Shown here: in pieces, positions 8,889 to 17,916 of the stretch
How the letters are laid out: every line of letters starts with the position of its first letter
Numbering within the stretch: the first letter of the stretch is position 1
Source of the DNA: Candidatus Lindowbacteria bacterium RIFCSPLOWO2_12_FULL_62_27
GTDB taxonomy: Bacteria > Lindowbacteria > 2-12-FULL-62-27
Length of the DNA: 64,000 nucleotides
Assembly: GCA_001784175.1 (NCBI GenBank)
Contig: MFPR01000026.1
Location: 62,001 to 126,000 of the forward strand
Reading direction: 5' to 3'
The notes under the pieces: model-generated
The model's input: the letters and a program-made list of their open reading frames with translations, nothing else
Databases searched by the model: none
What the model was told of the DNA's origin: nothing
Made by a program: the position numbers and the translations under genes

Positions 8889-11840
8889 TTACAGTGTTCT
8901 GCCCTTTAGGGTTTTGACCCCAAATTTTTTTCCGTCACTTTCAATGACGACGGCCCAGTCCCGGGACGTGTCGTACACGCGGTCGGCGCTGAACAGGTCC
9001 CGGTAATATGTCAGGGTTGCATCATATTCCGTTTTGGCCTCGTCGACAAGCGTTTTGGCCTCGCGGCTCATGCCGTAGAGCAGCTTGAAATTTCCCCCCT
9101 GGCACACGACCATCCCCGGCCGGATCGTCCGGCCGACAGCGGGCGCGCGCGCCGCGGGGGATCCGCCGTGATCCGGGATGAGGAGCGCGTCGGGATCGGC
9201 GCGTGACGCGCCGATCATCCGCGCGGCGAGCGATTCCAGCCCGTGCTCGGTGAGATCGCCGGTGAAGACGGCGTCGAATTCCCCGTACGAGACGACGATT
9301 GCGGCGCTTTGATCCTTGATATTTCCCCCCGAACGCTCCGGTCCCAGGAAGCTGATCCGAAACGGAAACGGCAGGGACCCATCCTCGATGTCCGCAACCC
9401 GAACGCCGGGCGCCGCTTGGATTCTCGGGACGCCGTGCCGGGCCATCGTGACGGAGAGTTGCGCGTACGCGTCGTAGAGCCGGCGGACGTGGGGTTTGTG
9501 TTTGGACGCGAGGAGCGCGGGATCGTTCAGATGTTCGAGAAAAATCCGGAATCCTTGCGCGGAATCGGTTGCGGCCGTTGACGAAAATGCCGCCCAATCA
9601 GGGATGGGCGCCGGATCGTAGAACCGCAGCACCTTGAACCCGTCGGCGATGGTCGCGAGTCCCTCCGAATGTTCAGGCCCGAGCGCCGAGAGGACGATAC
9701 CCCCCACGGTGGTGATGCCCTGCTTCAGCAGAAACGGCGCCAGAATTTTCTCACCGACGTTCGAACGCTTGTCCATCGAGTCCAAGCCTCCGTCCACAAG
9801 GTAAGTCCGCCCGGCCGGGTCCTGGATGGCGGCGGCGCTGCCGAAGGAGGTCGAGAAGAAGGTGATACGCAGAATTTTTGGCGGGATCGCGGGTGGCCGG
9901 CGGAGGCCCCCTGCCGTCAACCCTGCGGCCACTGCGAGGGCGAGAATGCCGAGCAGGATCGCGTTTCGCCGGATCACCGGGCTGGGAGGGTTCACTATAT
10001 ACTTATAGAATATATCCCTACCATATATATATAGCGCCTCATGCCAGACCATGAGTGCGACTGCGGCGTAATAGACGGCGAGCCGGCCAAGGGTCAGATT
10101 TTCTATGAAAGGGTATGGAAACCAGAGTGTTGAGAGATGCGCCACATAAAAAAAGACTTTGATGAGGCAGTCGTTCGCCGCGTTGATAATGAGCGCGATG
10201 AAAAGGCCGGGACCCGGAATCATCCCTACCAGCCCCGCCACGAGCCCAAGGGGAACAATCAATCCTGCCAGCGGAAGCGCCACCAGGTTGGCGACGGGGC
10301 TGGCAAGCGAGAGGCGGCCGAAATAATACGATGAGAGCGGAAAAATCATGCCGATCAGGACAGCGGCCTGCGCCGACACGCACAGCCGGACCAGAAGCGG
10401 CAGCCGCTCGTAGGAGCAGGTCGCCGCGAGGGCCGTGTCCGAGGCTTTGCGGCAGCACCACACAAATCCTCCGGCGAGGAACGCGAGCAGCGCGGCGAGT
10501 GCGCCCGGATTTGGAATCCGGTCATACAGCGGGTAGGAACCAAGCGCCAGAAGAAAGATCACGGACGCGGCCGCGTACAGGAAGGGCCATCCCCGGAGTC
10601 TGGCCAGCGCGCGGTTGATCGGCCAGGAAATGATCCCAATCGACAAAATGGCGGCGAAGGAAAGAGTGAAGGAGGGCTGGACGAGAAAGCGGGGATTCAC
10701 CATCAGAATGATCATGGCGGCCGAGGAGGCGGAGAAGATCAGCGAGGACTGGAAGGCGCCGGGGGCCAGGGCCATCAAGAAGATCGTGACCGAGCACATG
10801 ATGGTCGCCCGCATCCCGGACGGCGGCATGCCGGTGATGATCAGGAAAATGAACAGGACGAGAATGATGAGCGGCGCCTGGACGCGCAGCGGGAGGCGGA
10901 AGATGCTGAAGACGACCAGAAAGAGGCCGCTGATCAGCGTCACGTGCTGGCCCGACACGGCCAGAACGTGCGTGAGGCCTGCCACCCGGCACTCGTCGAG
11001 CACCCAGCGGTCGTGGCCCTGGAAGACGCACATGACGCCGTCCAGGGGCGCCCGCACGCCGAGCGTGACGCCGGCGAGAAAGGTCGACTGCGGATAGGGA
11101 ATGGTGCGGATGTAAACGGACAGAATTTTTTCCTTGATCGCGAGCGCCCACTCTTTCAGAAAAAAGCCTTCGCCCTGATCCAAAATTTCGACGGGCGGCG
11201 GCGATCCCCAGGAGACCGTGACGGTCTGCACGCCGAAGATGCCCTGGTCCGCGAGAAATTCGCGATAGGAAAATCCGTGCGGGTTGACCTCGCCCGGCGG
11301 GTTGAGCAGAGGCGCGTTGACGCGGATCCGCCATCCGTAGACAACGCTTCGGCTGTATTCCTCGTACAGTTCCCGGGCCGTGCGGCGGATGGCGACTTCG
11401 ACCAGCCCGCCGCTGACGTCCCGGAAATCGGTTCCCGGACCCTCCGGCTGGATGCGAATGGGGCTCAGCGTGAACGTCACGCGGTCGGCGGAGACTTCGG
11501 GGTCGCTGATCACCACGCCTTCGACGCTGGCCCGCCGGTCCCAGGAGTCGGAAACGAAATTGGAGACGTGACCCGGATCGTCCAACGTGACGCTCCGCGA
11601 GTACCGCGCCCATCCGAGAAAAAAAGTGGCGGCGCAGAGGATCAGGGTGGCCGCCACCACGGGCAGGCGGCCCCGCCGGGACCGGACATAGCCCCACATG
11701 GAGAGGAGAAAGAGGACAGCGAAACAGGCAAATGCCGCGCGGCTCTGGCCGGCGCCGAGCGGATGGAGTTCCCCGGCCGCGACGCCGGTCACGAATGCGA
11801 TCGCCTGGGCTGTCAGGCGCCGCATCCAGGATTCAGGCAT
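8889..11840 (-). CDS. comEC: DNA internalization competence protein ComEC/Rec2 (N-terminal OB-like region, competence TM domain, degenerate MBL domain)
   Basis: NPHGFSYREFL, GLTHVLAVSGQHV, PSGMRATIM, PSFTLSFAA and VANLVALP. The C-terminal MBL-like region has SALGPEH in place of SHxHxDH. Confidence 0.92.
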   Translation of the reverse strand: MPESWMRRLTAQAIAFVTGVAAGELHPLGAGQSRAAFACFAVLFLLSMWGYVRSRRGRLPVVAATLILCAATFFLGWARYSRSVTLDDPGHVSNFVSDSWDRRASVEGVVISDPEVSADRVTFTLSPIRIQPEGPGTDFRDVSGGLVEVAIRRTARELYEEYSRSVVYGWRIRVNAPLLNPPGEVNPHGFSYREFLADQGIFGVQTVTVSWGSPPPVEILDQGEGFFLKEWALAIKEKILSVYIRTIPYPQSTFLAGVTLGVRAPLDGVMCVFQGHDRWVLDECRVAGLTHVLAVSGQHVTLISGLFLVVFSIFRLPLRVQAPLIILVLFIFLIITGMPPSGMRATIMCSVTIFLMALAPGAFQSSLIFSASSAAMIILMVNPRFLVQPSFTLSFAAILSIGIISWPINRALARLRGWPFLYAAASVIFLLALGSYPLYDRIPNPGALAALLAFLAGGFVWCCRKASDTALAATCSYERLPLLVRLCVSAQAAVLIGMIFPLSSYYFGRLSLASPVANLVALPLAGLIVPLGLVAGLVGMIPGPGLFIALIINAANDCLIKVFFYVAHLSTLWFPYPFIENLTLGRLAVYYAAVALMVWHEALYIYGRDIFYKYIVNPPSPVIRRNAILLGILALAVAAGLTAGGLRRPPAIPPKILRITFFSTSFGSAAAIQDPAGRTYLVDGGLDSMDKRSNVGEKILAPFLLKQGITTVGGIVLSALGPEHSEGLATIADGFKVLRFYDPAPIPDWAAFSSTAATDSAQGFRIFLEHLNDPALLASKHKPHVRRLYDAYAQLSVTMARHGVPRIQAAPGVRVADIEDGSLPFPFRISFLGPERSGGNIKDQSAAIVVSYGEFDAVFTGDLTEHGLESLAARMIGASRADPDALLIPDHGGSPAARAPAVGRTIRPGMVVCQGGNFKLLYGMSREAKTLVDEAKTEYDATLTYYRDLFSADRVYDTSRDWAVVIESDGKKFGVKTLKGRTL

Positions 11841-12016
11841 TACTCTCCGGTCATGTCATCGGACGATTCGACCGGGATGTTGGAGAAAACTCCTCGGTTG
11901 GATTCCAGTATTTGTTTCGGCCGGTACGCGGGATCCAGGAGGACGACGGCCATTCCCGCGCAGAGCGCGAGGACGATGGTCCAGCCGAGGATCCGGGCGT
12001 TGGCGTCCGATTTCAT
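11840..12016 (-). CDS. Small 58-aa membrane protein, translationally coupled to ndk and comEC
   Basis: MKSDANARILGWTIVLALCAGMAVVLLDPAYRPKQILESNRGVFSNIPVESSDDMTGE*. Its start overlaps the ndk stop (ATGA) and its stop overlaps the comEC start (TAATG). Shorter than any ORF listed in the track. Confidence 0.7.
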   Translation of the reverse strand: MKSDANARILGWTIVLALCAGMAVVLLDPAYRPKQILESNRGVFSNIPVESSDDMTGE

Positions 12017-12423
12017 GTCCCGCCGAAAAAGAATTCGATTTCCCGCGCGGCCGATTCCGGGCTGTCCGAGCCGTGGACGATGTTGCGGGTGATCTCGCGC
12101 GCGAACTCGGCGCGGATGGTTCCCGGAATCGCCTGCTTGTAATTCGTCGCGCCCATGATGTCCCGCACGCGCCGGATCGCGTCTTCGCCCTCCACCACCA
12201 TCCCGACGACCGGGCCGGACGAGACGAAGGCGACCAGCTCGTCGAAAAAGGGCTTGCCGCGGTGCATCCCGTAAAACTCCTGCGTCCGGCCCGGAACCAG
12301 CCGCGTCATCCGCAGGGCTGAAATTTTCAAGCCGTTCGATTCGTACCGCCTGAGAACCTCGCCGATCAGGCCGCGGTCCACGCCGTCCGGCTTCACCATC
12401 GAAAACGTTCGCTCTATCGCCAT
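12013..12423 (-). CDS. ndk: Nucleoside-diphosphate kinase
   Basis: The true gene is the last 136 aa of the 681-aa ORF: MAIERTFSMVKPDGV ... GKPFFDELVAFVSSGPVV ... GTIRAEF ... NIVHGSDS. GGAG lies before the ATG at 12423. Confidence 0.97.
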   Translation of the reverse strand: MAIERTFSMVKPDGVDRGLIGEVLRRYESNGLKISALRMTRLVPGRTQEFYGMHRGKPFFDELVAFVSSGPVVGMVVEGEDAIRRVRDIMGATNYKQAIPGTIRAEFAREITRNIVHGSDSPESAAREIEFFFGGT

Positions 12424-14129
12424 GTCCAACTCCTCCGGATGAGATGATACAGGATCAGCGCGCCAAGCGCGACCGCGCAATATAACTTGAAATCCCCCGA
12501 CTCGGCCACGTGGTGGGCGCCGACCGTCGCCCTGGGGTTCAGCCCCAGCCAGAGATAAATGTGGTTGAGGAGCAGGCCGAACGCGAGCGAGCAGAAAGCG
12601 ATCGACGCGAGATAGATCGCGACGGACCGCTTGCCCATGAATCGCGCCAGCATGACGATCCCCGCCGTGTTGCTCGCGGGCCCGGCCAGAAGGAAGACGA
12701 GGGCGGCGCCGGGACTGGCGCCCTTGAGGAGCAGCGCCGCGGCCAGCGGCGTGGTGGCGGAGGCGCAAATGTAGAGGGGAATCGACACGAGCAGCATGAT
12801 CAGCATGCCGGGCAGGCCGCCTCCGAGCGCGCGTTCGAGGGCCTCGGGCGGAACCGCCGCCATGATCACGCCGGCCGCGAGAAATCCGATGAGGAGCCAG
12901 AGCGACATGTCCTCCAGAAAATCGCCGAGGCCGTAGGTGACGGCGCGTTGGAGTCCCGCAAGGATCGTCGGGCGCGCCGGCGCCGGCGGCCGCGGTTCGG
13001 CGGGGTGACATTTGTCGCATGTCCCTTGGTCGCTCGACGGCGCCGCCGATGTTTCCTTTTCGCCGAACAGGACTTCCAGCACGCCGGCCGTGACGCCTGT
13101 GCAGAAGGCGGCGACGGGGCGGAAGACGGTGTAGATCGGGTCGAGGAGCGCGTAGGTGACGGCGATGGAGTCGACTCCGGTTTCGGGCGTGGTGATGAGA
13201 AACGCCGAGGTGGCGCCGCGCGACGCGCCCATCCGCCGCAGCGACAGGGCGGCCGGGATGACCCCGCAGGAACAGAGCGGGAGCGGAATGCCGAACAGCG
13301 CGGCCTTCACGACCGGCTTGAAGCGCCCCCGTCCGAGGTGCCCGGCAACGCGTTCGGGAGACAGGAACGCATAGACGAGGCCGCCCATGAGACAGCCGAA
13401 GAGGATGTAAGGCGCCGCGTCCTGATAAATGTTCCAGCCGCCCCGCAGCGCGGCGAGTCCAAACCGGCCCATGGCGTCGGCGACCGCGCGCATGTCCATC
13501 TCGCCGTGGGTGGCCACCCAGAGGCCCAGCGCGGCGAGGAGAACGCCGGTGATCAGGCCGCCGTTTTCTTCGATGAACTTCCATCGCATGTTCGACAGCC
13601 GGTCCCCGAAGGCCATCACGATGGCCGTCATGCCCAGCGTGGTCGTGACCACGACCACGGCCGACAGAAGCAGCACGAGGCGCCAACTGTCGGCGGCGGC
13701 CAGGAGATACAGCGGCAAAATCTCGGCGCAGGGAGACAGGGACAGCATGCCGATCAGGGCCGTGATCATGAGGGCTTCCGTGGCCGCCGAATATTTCGAC
13801 GGCTCGAAATGCCGGTGCAGATGCCGGCCGAACATCCGGCCGAGAATCAATAGGACACCCAGACCGATGAGGATCGCCGCCGAGAGGGATTCCAGCAAAT
13901 CCTGGTGCGTCTTGAGATACGTCTGTCCCGCGTAAGCGATCGCAAGCCCCAGCGCGAGGGTGACAGAGGAATGGAGGAATCCGGCGGCGCAGGTGACGGC
14001 GGCGAGTTTTGTGCGGGACCAGCGCCTCAGGCTTCCGACGAGGACGAACGGGCCCCAATGGTTGGGGATGGCGGAGTGGACGAGCGACAGGAGGAACGCG
14101 CCGAACAGGACACTGGATTCCGCGGCCAC
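12414..14129 (-). CDS. Metal permease: NiCoT/UreH-like N-terminal domain fused to an ArsP/SO_0444 (DUF318) permease
   Basis: N-terminal HSAIPNHW, RHLHRH and LSPC. C-terminal PLPLCSCGVIP, TPETGVDS and PLYICASATTP. Confidence 0.8.
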   Translation of the reverse strand: MAAESSVLFGAFLLSLVHSAIPNHWGPFVLVGSLRRWSRTKLAAVTCAAGFLHSSVTLALGLAIAYAGQTYLKTHQDLLESLSAAILIGLGVLLILGRMFGRHLHRHFEPSKYSAATEALMITALIGMLSLSPCAEILPLYLLAAADSWRLVLLLSAVVVVTTTLGMTAIVMAFGDRLSNMRWKFIEENGGLITGVLLAALGLWVATHGEMDMRAVADAMGRFGLAALRGGWNIYQDAAPYILFGCLMGGLVYAFLSPERVAGHLGRGRFKPVVKAALFGIPLPLCSCGVIPAALSLRRMGASRGATSAFLITTPETGVDSIAVTYALLDPIYTVFRPVAAFCTGVTAGVLEVLFGEKETSAAPSSDQGTCDKCHPAEPRPPAPARPTILAGLQRAVTYGLGDFLEDMSLWLLIGFLAAGVIMAAVPPEALERALGGGLPGMLIMLLVSIPLYICASATTPLAAALLLKGASPGAALVFLLAGPASNTAGIVMLARFMGKRSVAIYLASIAFCSLAFGLLLNHIYLWLGLNPRATVGAHHVAESGDFKLYCAVALGALILYHLIRRSWTWR

Positions 14130-14136
14130 GGCGAAT

Positions 14137-15339
14137 TTACTTCATGTGCCAGGCGAGAAGGTTCGGGAGAAATCCGGCGAAGATGCGGGCGGCCAGAAGG
14201 TCCTTGGAATCGAAGGCGCCGACCTTGTTGTGCAGGACCAGTGCGCCGAGCGGGCGCTCGGCCGAAACCGCGATCAGCAGCGCCTGCGAGGCGCCGGACG
14301 GGTAGCCCTCCAGAAGCTCCGTCGCGCCGACGTTCAGGGCCTCCTTGAGCCGGGGATGCGTGGACGGATCGAGCGATTCCTGCGTTTCGTTGACGTAGGT
14401 CCGGCCGTCGTACCGGCCCGACAACTGCCATGGCGCGCCGTTGGAAGCGTCATGGACATAGAAGGACACCATGCGGCACCGGAAGAGCCGGACGCTCGAC
14501 AGGACCGAGCGGCGGACGAAGGCCGCGAGGTCGGCGGCGCCGGAAATTTCCCGGACCGCCTCCATGATGTTGAAGAAACTGCCGCCATCGACGTCCTTGC
14601 TGTCGCGCTCGCGCTTCTGCTCGGCCAGCTTCTTCGAGAACTCGATTTCGGCTTTCTTCATCTCGTGCTGAACAAATTCGGCCAGCGCGCCCGACGTTTT
14701 CGATTCCCAGCGCTTGGTCACCCCTGCCGCGATGAGCGCGAGCAAGAGAACGCAGGCGATGGCGACGGCGCCGGGCGTGCGGAGCTGCCGGAGCGTCCGG
14801 GCGATGACTTCGGATTTGAAGAATCCCATCTCGACCTCTCCGAGTTTGACGGTGCCCTTCTTGGCGGTGAGCGGTGTGTAGGCGCGGTAGATTTTCTTGC
14901 CGGACGGCAGTTTCATGGGCACAAGGTCGGATCCCGAAGTGGCCATGAGGAGTTTGGCCTTGTTCTGAATGGTCGCCAGATGCGCAAGGTCCGAGTTGGC
15001 GGGCCCGGTCGCGCCGAGGGCCGTTGAGGTGGCCCACACGAGAACGCGGCCCTGGGGATCGAAGACGGCGAGGTGCGACACAAGGGGCGACCGGATGAGG
15101 TTCCCGGCGGCGCGCTTGAGGGCGACGTCATCGCGGTTTTCGAAATTCTCGGTGTTGGACAGGACAAAGAGCCTCATCTGCGCGGCGGCGGCCGCAAGCT
15201 CCGAGTCCAGCGCCTCCATGAAAAAAGCGCCCAGGAGCAGCCCGAACAACATCGCGCTGACCCCGATCGTCCCATAGAGCAGCCGGCTGGACAGCGCGAT
15301 CCGTTTCTTGAGTTTCTCCTCGAGGTCCTCCGCTCCCAT
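14137..15339 (-). CDS. Membrane sensor-like protein: two TM helices, an extracytoplasmic domain, a coiled coil and a GAF-like C-terminus
   Basis: TM segments flanking a Cache-like region (HLAVFDPQGRVLV). GAF-like end RPLGALVLHNKVGAFDSKDLLAARIFA. Start uncertain; the ORF extends to 15459. Confidence 0.65.
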   Translation of the reverse strand: MGAEDLEEKLKKRIALSSRLLYGTIGVSAMLFGLLLGAFFMEALDSELAAAAAQMRLFVLSNTENFENRDDVALKRAAGNLIRSPLVSHLAVFDPQGRVLVWATSTALGATGPANSDLAHLATIQNKAKLLMATSGSDLVPMKLPSGKKIYRAYTPLTAKKGTVKLGEVEMGFFKSEVIARTLRQLRTPGAVAIACVLLLALIAAGVTKRWESKTSGALAEFVQHEMKKAEIEFSKKLAEQKRERDSKDVDGGSFFNIMEAVREISGAADLAAFVRRSVLSSVRLFRCRMVSFYVHDASNGAPWQLSGRYDGRTYVNETQESLDPSTHPRLKEALNVGATELLEGYPSGASQALLIAVSAERPLGALVLHNKVGAFDSKDLLAARIFAGFLPNLLAWHMK

Positions 15340-15600
15340 GGGGGTCACCCTACCAGCGCCGGGAGGCCGGACACAAGGGCGGCGTCTGTCGAAGCGCGTC
15401 CCCCGGGCCAGGAAATTTTCTTGACACCGATCCTTCCTCGACGAACTCTGGTCCGGCAAACTTGTATAAAAACCCGGGTGCTTGACCTATTCGTCGGCTG
15501 ATACTACCGTTCGGTGGTTTTTACAGGACGGGTGTGTGAGCGCTTCGCATTTGCATGCCGAATATTGCGAAATCCTCTGGTTCGGACGGGAATCATCGGG

Positions 15601-17916
15601 ATGGGTAGAAACTGCACACGGTTGCGGCGTGCGCCGCATTGCCTCATGGGCTATGTTCTCGCTATTGCCTGTTGCCTGTCGCCTCTTGCCTCCCAACCAT
15701 CCCACGCCGCGCAAATCCTGAACGGCACGCTGGCCGACGTCCAAGGCGACGTCAAAATCCGGCGCGCGGGGTCGGACCTCAAGCGGCCGGCATCCTCGGG
15801 GGCGCGCGTTGAACCGGGCGATGCCGTCATCACCGGGACATCCGGGCGTGCCTCCATCCAATTCGAACACGGAAAACTCGGGCTCGCCAACTCGACACAG
15901 ATGACCCTCCTTCGCTGCATGACCAGCCGCGACGAAGTCTTCGCCGAACTGGCGCTCACGGCCGGGTCCGCCGAGGCCTATATTAATATGGAGAGGCGCA
16001 AGGAACTCTGGTTTGACATTCTCACTCCGACCCAGCTTGCGCGCGGCGAGGGCAACAAAAAGAGTGCGACCCGCTTGAACGTGTCGCATAACGCCGGCGG
16101 CACAACCGTCACAGACAGCGAGGTCGGGCGGTGGAGGTATCAGCCGATCATGCTGCCGGATCTTCCGCCCGCCGTTCAGGCCGTGCTGACGGACAATGCC
16201 AAGGCGTCCGCACGTGTGAAAACATACATATCCGCGGAATTAAGCGACAGCGCGCTGACCGCTTACGAGGTCGTGTCCAACGCGGGCGCGCCGGATATCG
16301 CAGCGGTTCAGACGCAGACTGTGCCGCAGACAACGCCGCCGATCGTTGCTCCCGCCGAGAAACAGTCAGCACCGACTCCGCCAGCCGTTCTCTCGGCCGA
16401 GACATCGCCGATGCCCGTTGTCCCGGTTGCGCCATCCCCCGTTCCGGCTCCGGAGCCGCTTGTCATTTCGCCGGCGAAATCGAGGGTCTTCTCCGGAGCG
16501 CAGATCACATTCAAAGTCCAAGGCGGCACGGGCAAGCGAATGTTCAATTTGATGCCGGGAGGTATGGAAGCCGGTTCCACGCTCGACGCGGACGGGAAGT
16601 ACACAGCCGGCGTCATCGGCTCCGGCACGCAGACGGATGTGGTGCAAGTCAGGGACGAAGCCAACGCCGTGGCCGAAGCGACCGTCACGGTGGCGGCTGT
16701 TCTTCAGCTCACAGCGGGAATCAACAAAGTTCCGTCCGACATGGCCAACCCGATGCGGCTCCAAGTTATGGGAGGATTCGCTCCGTACGTTTATTCGATC
16801 TCGGACAATAAATCAGGCGGCAGCGTCAATGAAGCGGGCCGCTACAAACCGGGCAAGACAGGCGGCGTGACCGACATGATCACCGTGACCGACGACGCCG
16901 GAAACAAGGCGACGGTTTCGATCGAAGTGACCGCGCCGGCTCCTCTGGTTCCGCCCAAGTCTACGAACACCGTCAAGCCCAAATTGGAATCCGTCACCGC
17001 CCAGACTGTTTTCGTCATCGGTGACAAATGGACGGGCAACCCGACCATCACCTACCAATGGTTGCGCGATGGAACCTCCATCTCGGGCGCGACGGCCAAA
17101 ACGTATACGCCGACCACCGACGACGCCGGGCGCAAGGTTACGTGTCAAGTTACCGCGACGAACGAGGGCGGAACGAGCACGGAGGCCACAGAGGCCATCG
17201 GCATCTTGAAGATCGCCGATCCTGTCTTGAGCGGCGAACCGTTGGTCGGCTCGACGCTGATGGTTGACGGCCCCGGCAAATGGACGGGCAGCTCTCCAAT
17301 CACGTTCACCTACAAGTGGATCCGTGACGCTCATGAAATATCGGGCGCGACGCAGGCGTCGTACAAACTGACGGACGCTGATCAGGGGGCGAAGATATCG
17401 TGCTCTGTGTCAGCAGTGAACGAGGCCGGTACGAGATATGCGGGCACCGAACAGGTAACGGTCAATGCGGCGCCCATCAAACCGGCGCTGACGGGGCCGC
17501 TGACCATTTCTCCGGCGAGCTTGCGGCTCTTTTACGGAACCTCGCAGACATTCACCGTTACGGGTGGCAGCGGCAATCTAAAATTTTCGATGGCGGCAAA
17601 CAATTCGGGTGGTTCGGTCGACCAGAGCGGAAAATATACGGCAGGGAAGGACATCGCATCCGTCCCGGAAGTGGATATGATTCGGGTAGTAGACGAAGCC
17701 AACGGAGCGGTCTTCGCGACTGTGACGGTCGCGGCGGAACTGCAACTGACGGCGCCGAACAACACCATCCCGGCCGATTCGGCCAACCCGATGAGACTCG
17801 CCACGGTAGGCGGATTCCCTCCATTTAAATGCAGATATATCTCGCGCGGCCGAACCGGCACATCGAGAACATCTCGTTCGAACGTCTGGTGGGCGGCGTC
17901 AGACTGGCGGATATGA
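15601..17916 (+). CDS. Exported FecR-like/Ig-repeat surface protein, apparently truncated at about 17827
   Basis: Signal peptide ending in SHA. FecR-like start (LADVQGDVKIRR...VEPGDAVITGTSGRASIQF), Pro-rich linker, Ig-like repeats, and two ITY[QK]W.RD...ISGAT...Y units. The last repeat breaks off after GGFPPF. Start uncertain (15514, 15601 or 15646). Confidence 0.65.
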   Translation: MGRNCTRLRRAPHCLMGYVLAIACCLSPLASQPSHAAQILNGTLADVQGDVKIRRAGSDLKRPASSGARVEPGDAVITGTSGRASIQFEHGKLGLANSTQMTLLRCMTSRDEVFAELALTAGSAEAYINMERRKELWFDILTPTQLARGEGNKKSATRLNVSHNAGGTTVTDSEVGRWRYQPIMLPDLPPAVQAVLTDNAKASARVKTYISAELSDSALTAYEVVSNAGAPDIAAVQTQTVPQTTPPIVAPAEKQSAPTPPAVLSAETSPMPVVPVAPSPVPAPEPLVISPAKSRVFSGAQITFKVQGGTGKRMFNLMPGGMEAGSTLDADGKYTAGVIGSGTQTDVVQVRDEANAVAEATVTVAAVLQLTAGINKVPSDMANPMRLQVMGGFAPYVYSISDNKSGGSVNEAGRYKPGKTGGVTDMITVTDDAGNKATVSIEVTAPAPLVPPKSTNTVKPKLESVTAQTVFVIGDKWTGNPTITYQWLRDGTSISGATAKTYTPTTDDAGRKVTCQVTATNEGGTSTEATEAIGILKIADPVLSGEPLVGSTLMVDGPGKWTGSSPITFTYKWIRDAHEISGATQASYKLTDADQGAKISCSVSAVNEAGTRYAGTEQVTVNAAPIKPALTGPLTISPASLRLFYGTSQTFTVTGGSGNLKFSMAANNSGGSVDQSGKYTAGKDIASVPEVDMIRVVDEANGAVFATVTVAAELQLTAPNNTIPADSANPMRLATVGGFPPFKCRYISRGRTGTSRTSRSNVWWAASDWRI

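Noticed and set aside
12013-14058. 681-aa ORF as an N-terminally extended NDK
   Set aside because: The upstream part is an off-frame shadow of the permease gene. ndk has its own SD and ATG at 12423.
17821-17835. Programmed -1 frameshift joining the Ig-repeat ORF to the barrel ORF at CCATTTAAATG
   Set aside because: The -1 frame has a TAA immediately before the ATG, the TTTAAA run is not phased as an X XXY YYZ slippery site, and both partners are visibly truncated. A deletion explains it better.
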